DNA from: Amoebidium appalachense
Lineage: Eukaryota; Protista; Ichthyosporea
Assembly: GCA_963693365.1 (NCBI GenBank)
Contig: CAVNZM010000014.1
Coordinates: 4,030,001 to 4,094,000 of the forward strand
Direction: 5' to 3'
DNA length: 64,000 nt
Positions 33,566-47,510 of the stretch are shown here, in pieces. The position numbers were made by a program, and so were the translations under genes. Within the stretch, counting starts at the first letter, position 1. Each line of letters begins with the position of its first letter. The notes under the pieces were generated by a model, which did no database searches, was not told the DNA's origin, and saw nothing but the letters and a program-made list of their open reading frames with translations.

Positions 33566-35620
33566 ACCCCCCACACACACACACACCCACACACACACAC
33601 ACACACACATACCATCGCCATCGGAGGCCCACACCGACCCACTTCTCCCACCGCCCTCACCACCACTCTTTCTTTTGCCCGTTTTTAGCTCTATTGGCCA
33701 TCTATCCTCCCCCATGCACGCACCTGCTGCAATGCAATGTCTTGCTCGTCGTTTCTGTTTGCCACGTGCGCTGTGAATGCTGCCGGGGTGGCATGGGTCA
33801 CCGTGCTGCACACCCACCATGGTCAGACACACATCCCCTGCCACACGTGCACACACACACACGCACAAACACAGTGTGCTCAAACCTGCCTCATCTGCAA
33901 CACATGCGCACGCGCGCGCACACCCACACACACGCACACACTCACAGACACACACAGCATGGTCAGAGCCCCCCCGCCTCCCCCCCCCCCCCCCCCCCCC
34001 CTTCCGTCCTCCACCTCCCTCTATTCGCCGCCTGGCCACACGTGCACACGTCACACCCTACTACACCGGCACGGTTAGACACAGGTGCACACACACACAC
34101 GTGCACACAGACACACACACACAAACACATGCACGCACACACCGCACAGCATGCAGCAATGCAGCCCCCCCCCCCCCCCCCTCCCCCCCCTTCCCTCCCC
34201 CCCCCCCCACTTCCCACCTAGTTACGGCCAGGCCTGTGAGCATGCCCCGTGCCTTTGCTGCCTCCATCAGAGTGCGGCAGTGTGTCTGGTCTGGGAGCAC
34301 TGCAGGGGAGGGGGGGGAGGTGAGTACCCATGTATTCCCTTACCGCCATCTAAGACACATGAACAAACAAAATGCCTCCACACGCACACCAACCCGTGCA
34401 TGTGCACACACAAACGATTTTTCCATACACCAACAAGTACATGGACACACGGATCATCTCCCCGTACAAAAAATGTTACTTGCTGCACAGCCGCAAGCAC
34501 ATACTATGCACGTCCACAAGCATACACTAGGCACACCCACAAGCACATACATGTGGTGCATGCCTATGCAGCTAGAGCAGCGTCTTGGCAAACAACACAA
34601 GGCAAGAGCAGACAAGGTCCCGTTAAAAGAAAGGGTTTAGAAACGGTTCAGTGGTGGAGGGGCTGGGATGTGCTTACAGAAAGATAGAGAGATGTCTCCT
34701 GAAAAGAGCGGGTTGTAAGGTTGTAAGGATTAAGTGTCACGAGGCCGACTATAAGAAAGGAGTAGAAAGACGTAGGGAGGGAGAAAGAGGTAAGCGCGCG
34801 CGCACATGTGTGCGTATATTATATGGGGGGGGATGTGCCCTGCCTCCGATGTAGAGGTTGTTTGTCTTTTTGCCACAGGCATAGGCAGTGGCTGCGGCAG
34901 CTGCAGGGCAATACGGATCAGTGGGGAAGCACAGAGGGGAGGGGGGGGAGGGGGGGGGGGGGGGGGGGTTATGAGTGGGCATACACTAGGTGGGGCATTG
35001 GTGGATAGGGGTATCACTGCATTGGCGAATGGCTGTGTGGCTCAGCCATGCCAGCCTTCCACACCCACACACCCACACACTCTGGTAGATGGGGTTCAAT
35101 AATCACAATTGCAGGGGGGTTGCAAATGTGGAGCACGTTGCAGGCATCAGCAACATGTAGTAAGCAACATTAGCAGAATCTATATTCAGGGGGAACCCAA
35201 GTCATCGGCTGCATCCGAGTTTTGACCACCTAATCTCGCTCCTACACAATAAAGAGGAAGCTGGCTACTTCCAAATGTTGTAGGCAAGTAACTGGTGGTA
35301 ATACCATGTGTGTGTTTGTGCGGTGATCGTGAGCGTGTGTCTTTTACTACGTGTGTGATTTGGTGTGTTTCGATGTATTTAATCAGTTTCCGGCGGCGCG
35401 GGGGGGGGGGGGGGGGGGGGGCAGGGAGGGAAAGGGGAGTGGGGGTATGCGTTCAACCCCCCCCTTTCCTCCTCTCCCCTTCCCCCGGTCCCCCCCGTGT
35501 ATACCTGTGTGTGGTCATGTACGCACACACCTACCTGAGTCTGTGATGCGTGAGCTTGCAGACCGTGTGCGCACCATCCCAACAAGAATGTCATCCAGGG
35601 GTAGCCGCCTGCACGTGTGT

Positions 35621-35666
<46 letters not shown>

Positions 35667-36081
35667 TGTGTATGTGTGTATTGACGTGGGAGCGGCTGCG
35701 TGTCTGTACATGTATAGCGTACTGTACTTATGCGTATGTGGCCAGCTCGCCATGACTCCACAACAGACAGCAATTTACTGTTCAGCCAACGTTTCTTTCT
35801 AACCACCGAAATGCCTCACGTGGTTCAATTCTTGTCTACAAGATTAAGGGAGAGGGCACGTGCTGCACGTACTGCATGGAACACGAGAGAGAGGCGGGGA
35901 GGGGGAGGGAGGGAGGGAGGGATGGAGAGAGAGAGAGAGGGAGAGAGGGAATGTTAGAGTGGAGAGAGGAGGGGGGGGAGAGATGGAGAGTGAGAGATAG
36001 CGAGAGAGAGGGGGGGGAGGGGGGGGCACATACAGATCCAGCCTGGCCCGTGTGTGCTGCATGTGGCAAAAGAGAAGGGGT

Positions 36082-36118
<37 letters not shown>

Positions 36119-36130
36119 AGAGAGAAGGGG

Positions 36131-36208
<78 letters not shown>

Positions 36209-37471
36209 CGGGGGGAGGGGGTGGGGATTGGGTTTGCACATACACATCCTGGGCACCCTGTGTGTGCTGCAGGTAGTGTCTTGCCAGTGTCACCATGCTG
36301 GGCCCCATGCCGTCACTGATCATCAGCACAACATTCCTGGGCCTAGAACCTTCATTGCTTGGCTCCTTGTCTGACCCCAGTTTGCACTCACTGGCTGCAT
36401 GGGGGTTATACGTCAGTCTCACATATTACACCCACATGCATTGCAGGCATGAACGGGGGCTCTGTCCATTGCTGTTGGGCAGTGTGGTTGTTTTCATTTT
36501 TCTTCTTTTTCCAGCATATTAGATTTGACTACCATACTCCCCCCCCTTTCCCCCCCCCCATTCCTTTCCCTCTTTCGACCTCTCTCTCTTCCCCCCCCCC
36601 CCCCCCCCCCCAAAGAAACAATCCATGCAATACCTTCTCCCCTCACTTTCTCCTGTTCCCCCTTCCCCCCCCCTCTCCCCCCCAACACCAACGCCGTAAT
36701 CACCCCTCGCCTTCCCTTTTCCATGCATTTACCCCCCCCCCCCCCCCCCCTCCCCCCTCCCCCCCCCCCCCCCCCCCCCTCTTCCGACACATGTCAACCC
36801 CCTTCCCTCCCACCCCCATCCACCCTCTTCCCAACCATGCACATTCTTAATTCTGGACGGAGAGTGAAAGAGTCCCAGATAGAGAGCCAACCCACAAGGC
36901 ACTTGCGGTACAGGCCAAGAGAAAGGAGCAAAGATTGCGACATATTCATGTCTTTTATTAGATGATATTCCATTTGACTGCTATCATTTTATGTGGCAAC
37001 AGTCTGAATAGCATTTAAACAATTATATTTGAGTTAAGATTAGTATCAGTAGTATCATTGTTGTTGTTGTTTTAATAATTACAGTTGCGTGATATCGGGC
37101 CGGAGGGGGGAGATTGTACGGGTCAGACAGACGAAGTGCTACTCGTTTCACTATGAACGACAAATGAAAATACCCGTAAAAATTACATAAAAAGAGCTTA
37201 TGCATAAGCCGCCATGCAGATGCACAAAAACGGTTGCAAAATCAAGCGGGGTAGCCGGTATTTCTCAGGATCTATTCCTTAGGCTCAATCGGTCACGGGC
37301 CTATCTGAAGTGTCCCCCCCCCCCCCACCCCCCTCCCCCTCCCCCCCCCCCCCCCCCCCCACCTCCCCCACAAAGGTGCCTTCAGCAGTAGATGACTGGA
37401 ACCCTTTCCTTTAGAGGCTCGGATCTATCTTCCCTTCCCCATCACACCGCTGCAAAAAATGAAGTTCGGAA

Positions 37472-37511
<40 letters not shown>

Positions 37512-37619
37512 AGGGGGTTGACGTTGCAATTGCAGGTACACACTTGGGAAAATTGGTCCCTAACCCTTTCCTTGCCCTTTTTCCAGCACTATTTTTGAGG
37601 AAGAAGGGTAAGGATGGCA

Positions 37620-37684
<65 letters not shown>

Positions 37685-38246
37685 GAGAGAGAGAGAGAGA
37701 GGTGGGAGGGGGGAGGGGGGGGGGGGGGGGGCACCCACTTGAAGACACAAGTAGGGCCAGGATGATAAAAAAGGCGACCAGCACCACGCCTAATATCCCA
37801 AGTAGCACCACAGTTGCACGGCTGCTCCAAAATCTGTGCCTGGTACCTGCAGGTGCGCCCTGCACGCCAACACGCAACACGTGTGAATGCCACCCAACAC
37901 GTGGATCTACACCATTCTAGCTCTTCCCTGCTTAGAAAAACAACCGACCATGCTCCTGGCTGCCAGGCTCTCCAGAATCCAGTGGATGTGACATCCCCTT
38001 AATCCTAGGTATCTGGATCTCATAGTGTGAAATGGGAGTTTACCCAAGTCCCCGACCCTGGGCTACCAATAATAGCTGCATCCCCCCCACCCCACCCCAC
38101 TCCCCTCTCGCCCCCCGCCCACCCCCTTTCTAGGGCACACGCACCCTCTGGTCGTCTAGATAGAGCTCCTCCTCAAAGCTTTCAGGGTCGGCCAGCCGCC
38201 TTGGCCCGGTGTCGGGGCTCATCAGCTCATACTCGTTGGCTGCCAT
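27490..38246 (-). CDS. Alkaline phosphatase (PhoA/Pho8 family), type II membrane-anchored, ~16 exons
   Basis: Approximate exons 38145-38246, 37738-37860, 36244-36384, 35535-35608, 34844-34901, 34218-34299, 33724-33805, 33041-33205, 32176-32346, 31306-31424, 30830-30922, 29971-30031 (junction uncertain), 29455-29495, 28648-28739, 28057-28107, 27490-27551. Motifs: TM helix [33 protein letters not shown], catalytic [68 protein letters not shown]. Confidence 0.92.
28132..28266. repeat. 20-bp minisatellite (GCACAAACATGCACGTGCAT)n
   Basis: Directly visible, ~7 copies. Confidence 0.9.
30977..31038 (-). mobile_element. Dispersed intronic repeat family, 3' fragment on the minus strand
   Basis: Reverse complement CTGCATTGTGTTGTACGTCATGCATGTGCACTTCGTACTGTGTAACACATTCCTAACCCC matches 58861-58920 and the 3' half of the 8505 copy. 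Confidence 0.55.
31911..32010. repeat. 29-bp tandem repeat (CTTTCATACCTGCCTACCACACCCCTATT) x~3
   Basis: Directly visible. Confidence 0.9.
32419..32747. repeat. ~83-bp tandem repeat x4 (TAGGTAATGGGGTAAAGAAGGTATACATAC...GGGTTAAG)
   Basis: Directly visible. Confidence 0.92.
35135..35280 (-). mobile_element. Dispersed intronic repeat family, diverged 5' part on the minus strand
   Basis: Reverse complement GGTCAAAACTCGGATGCAGCCGATGACTTGGGTTCCCCCTGAATATAGATTCTGCTAATG aligns to GGTCGAAACTCAGACGCAATTGATGACTTGGGCCCTCCCTGAGGATGGGCTCTGCTTATG at 52149. Confidence 0.6.
36085..36205. repeat. (GA)n microsatellite; a comparable (CT)n/C-rich tract spans ~51260-51900
   Basis: Directly visible. Confidence 0.9.
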
Positions 38247-39698
38247 GTTAGCTGCCTTTGTGGCTGTGTGCTCTGCCAGAAAACAAGATCTGCTGTTTGC
38301 TGAGGATGAATGAAAGGGAATGACGACCTGGCTGTAGAGAGACCTTGCCCCGCAGATGGGCGAAAGCAGAAGGGAGATGGGCTGAAATGCACTGTTGGCG
38401 TCTATTCGAACTTAGGGTTCTCAACAGCTAAGTTTTCGAATGATGATTCTGTTCGAAGTTACTACGGGATCTGCAAAGCGTTTCGCCCACTTCAGAGACA
38501 CTTGTTCATGTTACTGCCACCAACATAGAACGAACTCAACGGACAAGAGTGATGGCTGTCCGCCTCCCTCACGTTCCTATTACATCCAAACTAGTGTGTG
38601 CGGCGCTTTCCCATATATGTATGACCTAATGTTCTAAAACATATGCAGTTTAACGTAATTCCTATACGGACACATCTGAGCTCAGTCAGTGTGAACACAG
38701 CCTGCCTCAACTCAACTGTTCAAGCGACACCAAGCACAGTGCGACACACAATGACCACCAATCAAAACACGCATACACGCACCACTCTTTTTTTTCGTCC
38801 CACAATCAAACACCCAAAAATTCTGCCCGCCCCAATTTTCTGCCCGGCTATTTTCGGGTGCTTCTAACATGGGCTCCCGGTGTTACTTGCTGCGAGCTAC
38901 TCAGTGCTTCGGTGAGTGTCAGAGTGGAGCGAGAGTCTGCCCACGCTCAACCCTGCCTGCTGTCTCCCAGCGGGTGGAAACTGCTGTAGGCGCACATTCC
39001 CTGTGTGTATACGGCTCAGATCATGTGGTGTGCGATCGGATGCGAAAAAGATGTCACGTAAAGGCCTACGCCCGAGGTGAAACCGAAATTGAGGGTCTTG
39101 TTTCCTTTGTTCCTTTTTTTTTAAAAAATTTTCTTTCTTTCTTTCTTTTATTTCGGTGTGACGGTGTGTCTGTGTGTGTGTGTGTGACCTTAAAAGTAGT
39201 GTTTATTTGTATTTTTATACCTTTAGGTCGACGTCCGTATTCCAGTGAGCCTACTTCTCATTTGAGTGACTCGAAAATCATCTCTCGAGATATCTGGGAT
39301 ATTTTTTTTTCAACAGATGAGCACATCAATAAAGTCATTTATTTATTTATTTGTGATCTACCAATAACACACAAGTGCCACGTTGCTCTGCTAGAATCTG
39401 ATCGATTATTATTCTATTTTGCTAAGCTTTTGCCAATAGTATGTACGTGCTCCTTGGACCAACCATGTTCTACCGTTGTGACCCCCGACCACCACCACCA
39501 CCACCACCACCACCACCATCCACACACACACACACAAACGTACACACGGCCACGCACACACAAACCATCACCGCTACCCCCGGTCTCCCTCTTTTCATTA
39601 ACTTACCCTGAGCCCATGGCTGTACATGTACATGTCACCGTTATGCATGCCACCAGATGACATTGCAATTGTACAGGTGGTCATGGCACCACTGAATT

Positions 39699-39748
<50 letters not shown>

Positions 39749-39820
39749 CCACCACTGTAGTTACGTACAGTACAATCACTGACTCCGTCCGCTGTGGTCG
39801 GGGACTCAGGCCATCAGAAG

Positions 39821-39854
<34 letters not shown>

Positions 39855-40614
39855 ATCAGACCAGCTGGCAGAAGAAAAGTATACAAAGAAAGCCATGGGC
39901 AATGAAGAAAGCACACCAGCAGCTCACACCAGTTCACTGGAAATCAAAATAATGTATTATGCTCCACATCCCAATAGCAATCTGCATGATATGCATTTAC
40001 ACGTTTATACTGTCGACAGCTTTTTGCGCATTAGACATAATATGCATATTCACAGCTATTTATAAAATCTGATTCAAGGCTTCCTAATTTTCACACTAAG
40101 CCCATTAGCGCAAAAAAGGCTATTCAAGCACTATAGCCAATGAACACTTCATATTGATTATGTCTATACTGTTTCCTAGCCAATCATGAAAAACTCTGTG
40201 CGGCAATATCTATATACGGAGCCCTACGGCTACTACAAGTAGGCCGATTCACGGTGGATGCAAGCTACCATAGTCAAGCAAGAGCGAGTGCGGGCAACAA
40301 CGAACATCGAAAAAAAACCCTTTGCTTAGCCTTTGCCGGTGTACTCCGACCTGAAAAAACTCTTTGCTTAGCCTTTGCCGGCATGCTCCCTACCCTTCAC
40401 TTACTACAAGCACACACGCCTTGCTTCCACAACCCTGTTGAATGATGATAATGGTTCATAAATTTATTACACACTACACATTCGAGCAAACATGAACACT
40501 ACAGTCCACACGGCGCCAACCAAGGCAACCACCACTACCACCTACCATTGTAATAACTATAATCTTATGTATTAAAACTATGCCATCCCAAGGCCCACTC
40601 ACCGACTCAGGAAC

Positions 40615-41788
40615 CTATTCCATTCCCTGTTGTGGGCCCGGGCCGTTGCGTTGAGGGGGGAAATGTCCCACCTCAGAGGGTGGGCGGGGGCTAGCGCCCG
40701 CAGGTTGCCTGTAGGGGTCAGGGAAGGGGCCTGATTGCTGCTGATCGTCCATGCGGCGCTGCTTCCACTGGTCATAGCCCATACGGTCCAGGCTGGATGA
40801 TGAAAAGGCGGGCGAAGGGGGCCGGTGGGGGTTTGGCATGTCAGGCCGTAGCATGCGCATGCTGGCTGGCCCACCAGACCCGAGGCTGGACGGCGACGAC
40901 GCAAACGTGCCGTTGGGCCGCCGCCCATCGCCCGGTGGGGGCCCAGGGGGGCCAGGGGGGGCAGGGGGGTACTTGTGTGGGTCTGCAGGGCCATGGCAGC
41001 TGGTACAGTTTGGCCCATGGCAGTGTTCGTGAGGGGGCATGGAACGATCGTAGCCGGGCCACTGTCTAGAGGGGGACCCGTCCTTTGCCGGGTGCGGCTG
41101 ACCGCACGTGCAGCCCGGGTGGCCCATGCACCCGTGCACGTGGGGCTGCCCGGCCGTGGCCGCTGCAAGCTGCTCCCTCCAGGCCGGCCCAGGCCCGGGG
41201 GGTGGGCCATAGGGCATGGGCGGGGGGCCATCGTAGCGCCCATCACCCTCACGCTGGGCCATTAACTCGCTAATGCGCGGCTTAACGTCAGGCCCCTCCC
41301 CGTACCCCCGCCACGGCCCACCGTCCATGACCGGGGGAGGCCCATCACGCTGTTCGCCATCCACATAGGAGCTACGACGGGAGCCATCGTGGTGGGGGTG
41401 GCCGTGGTTGAGTGAGGGTGTGCCGTGGGGGGTGGGGGTGCATGGTGGCCGGTGTGGGGCATGGAGTCACGGCGGGGAGGCGGGGGCTGCTGCTGCTGCA
41501 TTTGGAAGTTAGGGGTGGGGGGGTAGGACTCGGAATATGCCGAGTTGGCGTCGCTCTTCTTGCGCTGGCCCACAAATCCACGACCAGCTGGATCCTCCCA
41601 CCCGGCTGGCGGTGCCCCTGAGGCTACTCCCCCTGCAGTCTGTGGACAGGAAGCCAGTCACCACCCCTGGACATTGGTTTGGCGCCCGTCTTACTGTATT
41701 GGACAAACCTACCACAGACAAGCAGTACAAAGAACCATGCAAACAAGCACACACGCAAACACGCCCCAACACACACGCACGGGGGTGG

Positions 41789-41880
<92 letters not shown>

Positions 41881-43277
41881 AAGCACATGAGGCAGCAGAC
41901 AAAGCCTGCAACCCACGTAAAAAAAACCAAGGTGTATCAATGGATGATGGCTGGCCCGACAGCCTATTGTGTATGGATGTCATTATCCTGCACGCACGTG
42001 CTTGAAATTTGTGGTCGTAATTGCCTAGACGCCACTTGTGTGCCTGTGTGCCATCGACAGAACTCCTGACACGACGTGTGTGTGCATCTCCTGTTATGCG
42101 TGTGTGTGCGTGCGCTTGCATGCATGCTGGTGTGTGCAAACGTGTGGCGAGTACATGTGTGCATGTACACGTGTGTACAGGTAGTGTAGTGTGTCCCCTG
42201 GACGAGTGTATGTGCATGTGTGTGTTTATGTGTGTGCGGGTGTGCATGCACATGTGTGTACACATGTATGTATCTACATGTGTGTGTATGCATGTGTTCA
42301 CCTTGAAGCGTTCATTGACCTGCATGATCTGCTGCCTCAGCTCCATATTCTCATTGCGCAGTTGCACCAGCCCCGAGATCAACCCCTGCAGCCCACCCGT
42401 CAGTCACCCACAACTGCACCAACCGCGAGAACCCAGCCACATCAAATGTTAGGCCCTCACACCACAACTAATTAGCGTGCACGGAAACCACCACCTCCCA
42501 CAGAGCAAAACCCTCCTCTGGGCCGTACAATATCCCCATGCATGTGTCCCCTTGTCCCCCCTCCCCCTTCCCCCCCCCCCCCCCCCCCCCCCCCCCCCAC
42601 ACACACACACAGGCACACACGTACACACACACACACACACACCTTGACGGATGCCTGGTCGTCAGGGTGGCTGGCTGCATTGTTATAGGGCTCCAGTACA
42701 CGGCTGAACTCGCACGTGTCTGCCCGCTTGGTTCTGCAACACACACCCACGTTAGTATGCAGCTAGCTGGTCGATTGCAGAGGACACACGAGGCACAGGA
42801 AAATTAAGGTCTTTTTCATCAATTTCATGTTATATTGGTGGCAGAACATATCATTGGCTTTGCCTATGGATGATGCCATCCCTTATCTTGTAATGCGCGA
42901 ATGCCAGATCAAGGAATCACGAGAGAAACACCGACACACAGTAAAATGGCAGGGCAAATGTGTTCCATTTTATAATCATGCGCCGTCTACCAGGTGTTTC
43001 AAGCACGTACTTGCAGAAGATAAACTCCGGGCGCTTGGTGATTGGGTTAAGAAACTGCCAAGCGGTGGTCTCGAGCCACACATAGTCCCCGGCCTTAGTC
43101 TTGCAGCGGTAGCTCATGCGCAGCTGCTGCTCCCCGTTGTTGTACTCGGTGCTGGGGTCAACAAGCGTGCTGTTCTCGTCTGCAACCCAACACTGCGTCA
43201 GTGCCCCTCTGTGAACATCCTTCCCCCCCCCCCCCCACACACACACACACCCCCCACACACACTCTCTTCTCTCTCT

Positions 43278-43335
<58 letters not shown>

Positions 43336-43381
43336 CACAAAAATTTCCTGCCTCTTAAGAAATACAGGAACACGTGCACCC

Positions 43382-43445
<64 letters not shown>

Positions 43446-43950
43446 ACCACCACCACCACCACCACCACACACACACACACACACCTTGTAATTTTCCGCC
43501 CCGTCCACCTGCCCCGAGGCACAGACACAGCACAGATACAGGCTCACACACAAGCACACACAGACACACAAGCACAAATAAACACAACCACCATACACAA
43601 GCAACCACGAACACACATGAACCCCCAACCACAACTAACGCCAACTCGCATGATGCTCTCTAATGCCCTGAATAGTGCCCCAAGTCAGGCTCCCAACAAA
43701 ACCGCATTTTGTGTGCTTTTGTGTGCACACTTAGTTAGTGAACGTGTGAACGGCAAGCACGCAGGTGAGTGAATGTGTATCGTTTGTATATAGCAATTAT
43801 GTGTGTGCATGAGGGCTTATGCACCATCCCGTGCTCGCATGCAATGGTTATGGTTGTGTGTATGTGTGCACAGCACAGCGCCCTGCATGGGCACGGGCAC
43901 GATAATGTCAAGTGTGTATGGTTTCCCCTGGTTCGAAAGTGTGCGCGTGC

Positions 43951-44039
<89 letters not shown>

Positions 44040-44651
44040 TGTGCGTGTGTGCTTGGGTTTGTACGGAACTCGGACCGTGCCATGTGTTTACTTGCATATA
44101 CATGTGAATATGCATGTGCGTGCCATAAACACATGATGATGTACTGTGTATGCCTGCCGTAAGTGATGTGCGTGCCTGCCATGTGCATGTGCATGTGCAT
44201 GTGCCTGCCACACACGCTTTGTGTGTGCCCGCCATATCCACGTGATGCTATGTGTGCCTATCGCATACACGTGGTGGGTGGGTGCCCGTGCACGTACCTG
44301 GGTGGCAGATGTCCTTTGGGAATGTGCCCAGCAGGTCGTCCGGCTGGTAGCCCAGCAGCACGTGCACCTCCGGGGACACGTACGTCCACGAGGTGTTGAG
44401 GTTGTGCTTGGACGAGAACTCACTGGCTTCGTCCGTCTGGTCCGTCACACTCATCACCTGCACACAGACACATGTCAGCCCCACACCACACGTGTGCATG
44501 TGCACATCATACAGTCACCCCTCGTTATAGCGCCCCCACAGTACAGCGCTCCCCCCCCCCCCCCCCCCCCCCCATATAGCGACCCCCCGCCATGTCACCG
44601 ATTTGGGAACACAGACACATTACGATATATCGCCCCCTCGAGGTGCAACCA

Positions 44652-44690
<39 letters not shown>

Positions 44691-45591
44691 ATATCGAGTG
44701 GTGACTGTAACCAGCATGTGTGGGTGTAGGTTCACGAGCACACACCAGTCCCTACAGACATGCAAAACACACAAGAGCACGTATGAATCCCCACACACAT
44801 GCAGACACACACACGAGCACCTGCTAGCCTCCACAGGCATGCAGGCACCTGCACGAGCACGTACCCAATCTCACAGACCAACCGTGATGCAAACAAGCAT
44901 ACGAGCACGTACCAAATCTCACAGACCGACCGTGATGCAAACAAGCATACGAGCACGTACCAAATCTCGCAGACAGACCGTGATGCAAACAAGCATACGA
45001 GCACGTACCAAATCTCACAGACAGACCGTGATGCAAACAAGCATTTCGAGCACGTACCAAATCTCACAGACAGACCGTGATGCAAACAAGCATACGAGCA
45101 CGTACCAAATGTCACAGACAGACCGTGATGCAAACAAGCATACGAGCACGTACCAAATGTCACAGACAGACCGTGATGCAAACAAGCATACGAGCAGGTA
45201 CCCAACCCCACAACCAGACGTGCAAACACATACACGAGCACGTGCAGGCCAGCACACATGCAGACAGGCACGCGTACCTTTGTGAGGTTGTATGGGCGGC
45301 CCACGGCTATGATGTAGCAGGTGCTGTCGTTGGACCAGTAGGGCCGGCCACGCACCCCCAGCCACATGTAGTCCCCTGACTCCTTGCGGTACCGCGCTAC
45401 AAAGTCCACCCCTGCAGCATAGACGGTCAGCGCCATGTGTGCGCTTGGGACACACACAACACCTGAACACACACCTAACACCTGCATACACATGGGTGTT
45501 AGCATGCGGGCACATGCACACAAAATCCATGCACACAAGCACACATACACCACCTGCACACACACACATGCTCAAAACAAATATACACAAA

Positions 45592-45659
<68 letters not shown>

Positions 45660-47140
45660 CCCCAAAAAAAAAAAAAAAAACTCTTGCAGCACCAAACACA
45701 ATCACATGCATCAACACCTACCTGTGGAGTGATACTTATTGATGTGCCACTTGACATAGTCGATGTCGTGGGGGTGGATCAAGTCAGAGATGTTCTGCCC
45801 CACTGCCGTACTTGGTGCCAGCCCAAGCACACTCTTCCACGACGGAGATGTGTGGATAATTTGCCCCTGCACCCCAACACACAATGTCATGCCCTGCAGG
45901 ACCCCCCCCCCCCCCCCCCCCCCCCCCCTCGAACATAACATGCAGCACGATGTAAACTGGCCGCACCACACCTGCAATGCACGCACAGGCACACAACGAG
46001 GCCACACATCTGCAGGCACACACACGACCAAGAGGCAGGGACACACGTGCAGGGTACAAATACACAGGCATAAACGTGCAGTGCACATACAGGCACACAG
46101 ACAGGCACACACCTGCAGGTTAAACACGTGCAACACGTCATCGATGTTGCTGATGACCAGCTGGCGCCAGTCTGTCTCGGGGGCATTTGGCGGCCGGCCC
46201 ATGCTGCTCTTGCCGTTGGCCTCCCCTCCCCTGTGCTCCATCTGCTGTTGCAGCTGCACACAAAAAAATGTCGGCACCCCGTGTACGTGCACACACGTGC
46301 ATACGTCACATGCATATACATGCAAGCACCGCTTGCACACAGGTGTGCCCGTGCACACACATGCACCAGTTGCACACACAGGTGTGGGCCACGTGCATGC
46401 ACCTCTAGCAGGAAGAGCAAAGAGGAAAATCCAGGGCTATATGCTGCTGGTTTGGGTGCGGGAAGGTGGTGGCTGTGTGTGTGTACATACATCGGCCACA
46501 TACCTGCCCATGCAGCGTGTGCCTGCCTTGGCTTCTAAACCGCCTCACCCTCAGCGTAATAAATGCATTTCTCTGAACCTTCCTACATGCATTTCGGTTG
46601 CGGCGCCTGCGTGCACTCTGCCCACTAACACATGTACATTTGCAAGTGCCCACACATGTGAACCAAGGTGTGATGGTGTGCGTGTTTGAATGGTGTGTGC
46701 GTGGGTGACCCGGAGTGCGATTTGTGTCACCGTGTGCCCGTGTCCAAATGTTCAAGGGCCCGTGTGCGCTTGTGTATGTCTTTGTGGGAGGAAGTGTCCG
46801 TGTGCATACTTGCCTGTGTGATGCACATGTGTATGCCTGGGGTTGTATGTGATTTGCTTGTGCGCATCTGCCCACTAGGTACATGCGCATGTGTGCATGT
46901 GTGCATGTGTGTGTGTGTGTGTGTGTGTATGTGTGTGCAAGCCGGCAGGCGGGGGGCCGTGTGCGTGACTGGCGTGGGTGTGGGTGTGTCTGTGTGTCTG
47001 TGTGTGTATCTGTGTGACGGTGAGTAGTGACTGCGAGAAAGAGAGAGAGCGAGAGAGAGAGAGTGTGTGTGTGTGTGTACGCATGCGCACGATCGCACGT
47101 GTGTGAGCCAAAGTGTGTGTGATTGTGTGTGCGAGCGTGC

Positions 47141-47192
<52 letters not shown>

Positions 47193-47455
47193 TTGTTTGT
47201 GTGTGTGTGTGTGATTGTTTGTGTGTGTGTGTGTGCCCTCCATACCGTCTTCAGGCCCTTGATGTAGTCTACGGTCTGTGACAGCACCGTCAGCTTGTCT
47301 GGTTTGGACAGCCGCGAGCAGCAGGCTGGCACCATCTCCGCTGTGGACCCACCCCCCACTATGTCAGTCCCTACACTTGCTCCAATGGACACCCCCCGCC
47401 CGCCCCCCTCAACCTCACCAACACATGCATCCCCCCCCACCCACCCCCTTACCCC

Positions 47456-47510
<55 letters not shown>

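Noticed and set aside
38570-39390. CACGTT Pho4-like sites upstream of the phosphatase, implying regulation by the adjacent bHLH gene
   Set aside because: Hexamers are expected by chance, and gene adjacency is weak evidence in eukaryotes.
38869-39660. 263-aa ORF upstream of the phosphatase gene
   Set aside because: No recognisable motif, includes low-complexity tracts, and lies in an intergenic or UTR region.
43483-43670. Extra micro-exons inside PAS-B (ESIMRVG, VDGAENYK)
   Set aside because: Direct splicing CHP|DENSTL gives the expected PAS-B spacing without them.
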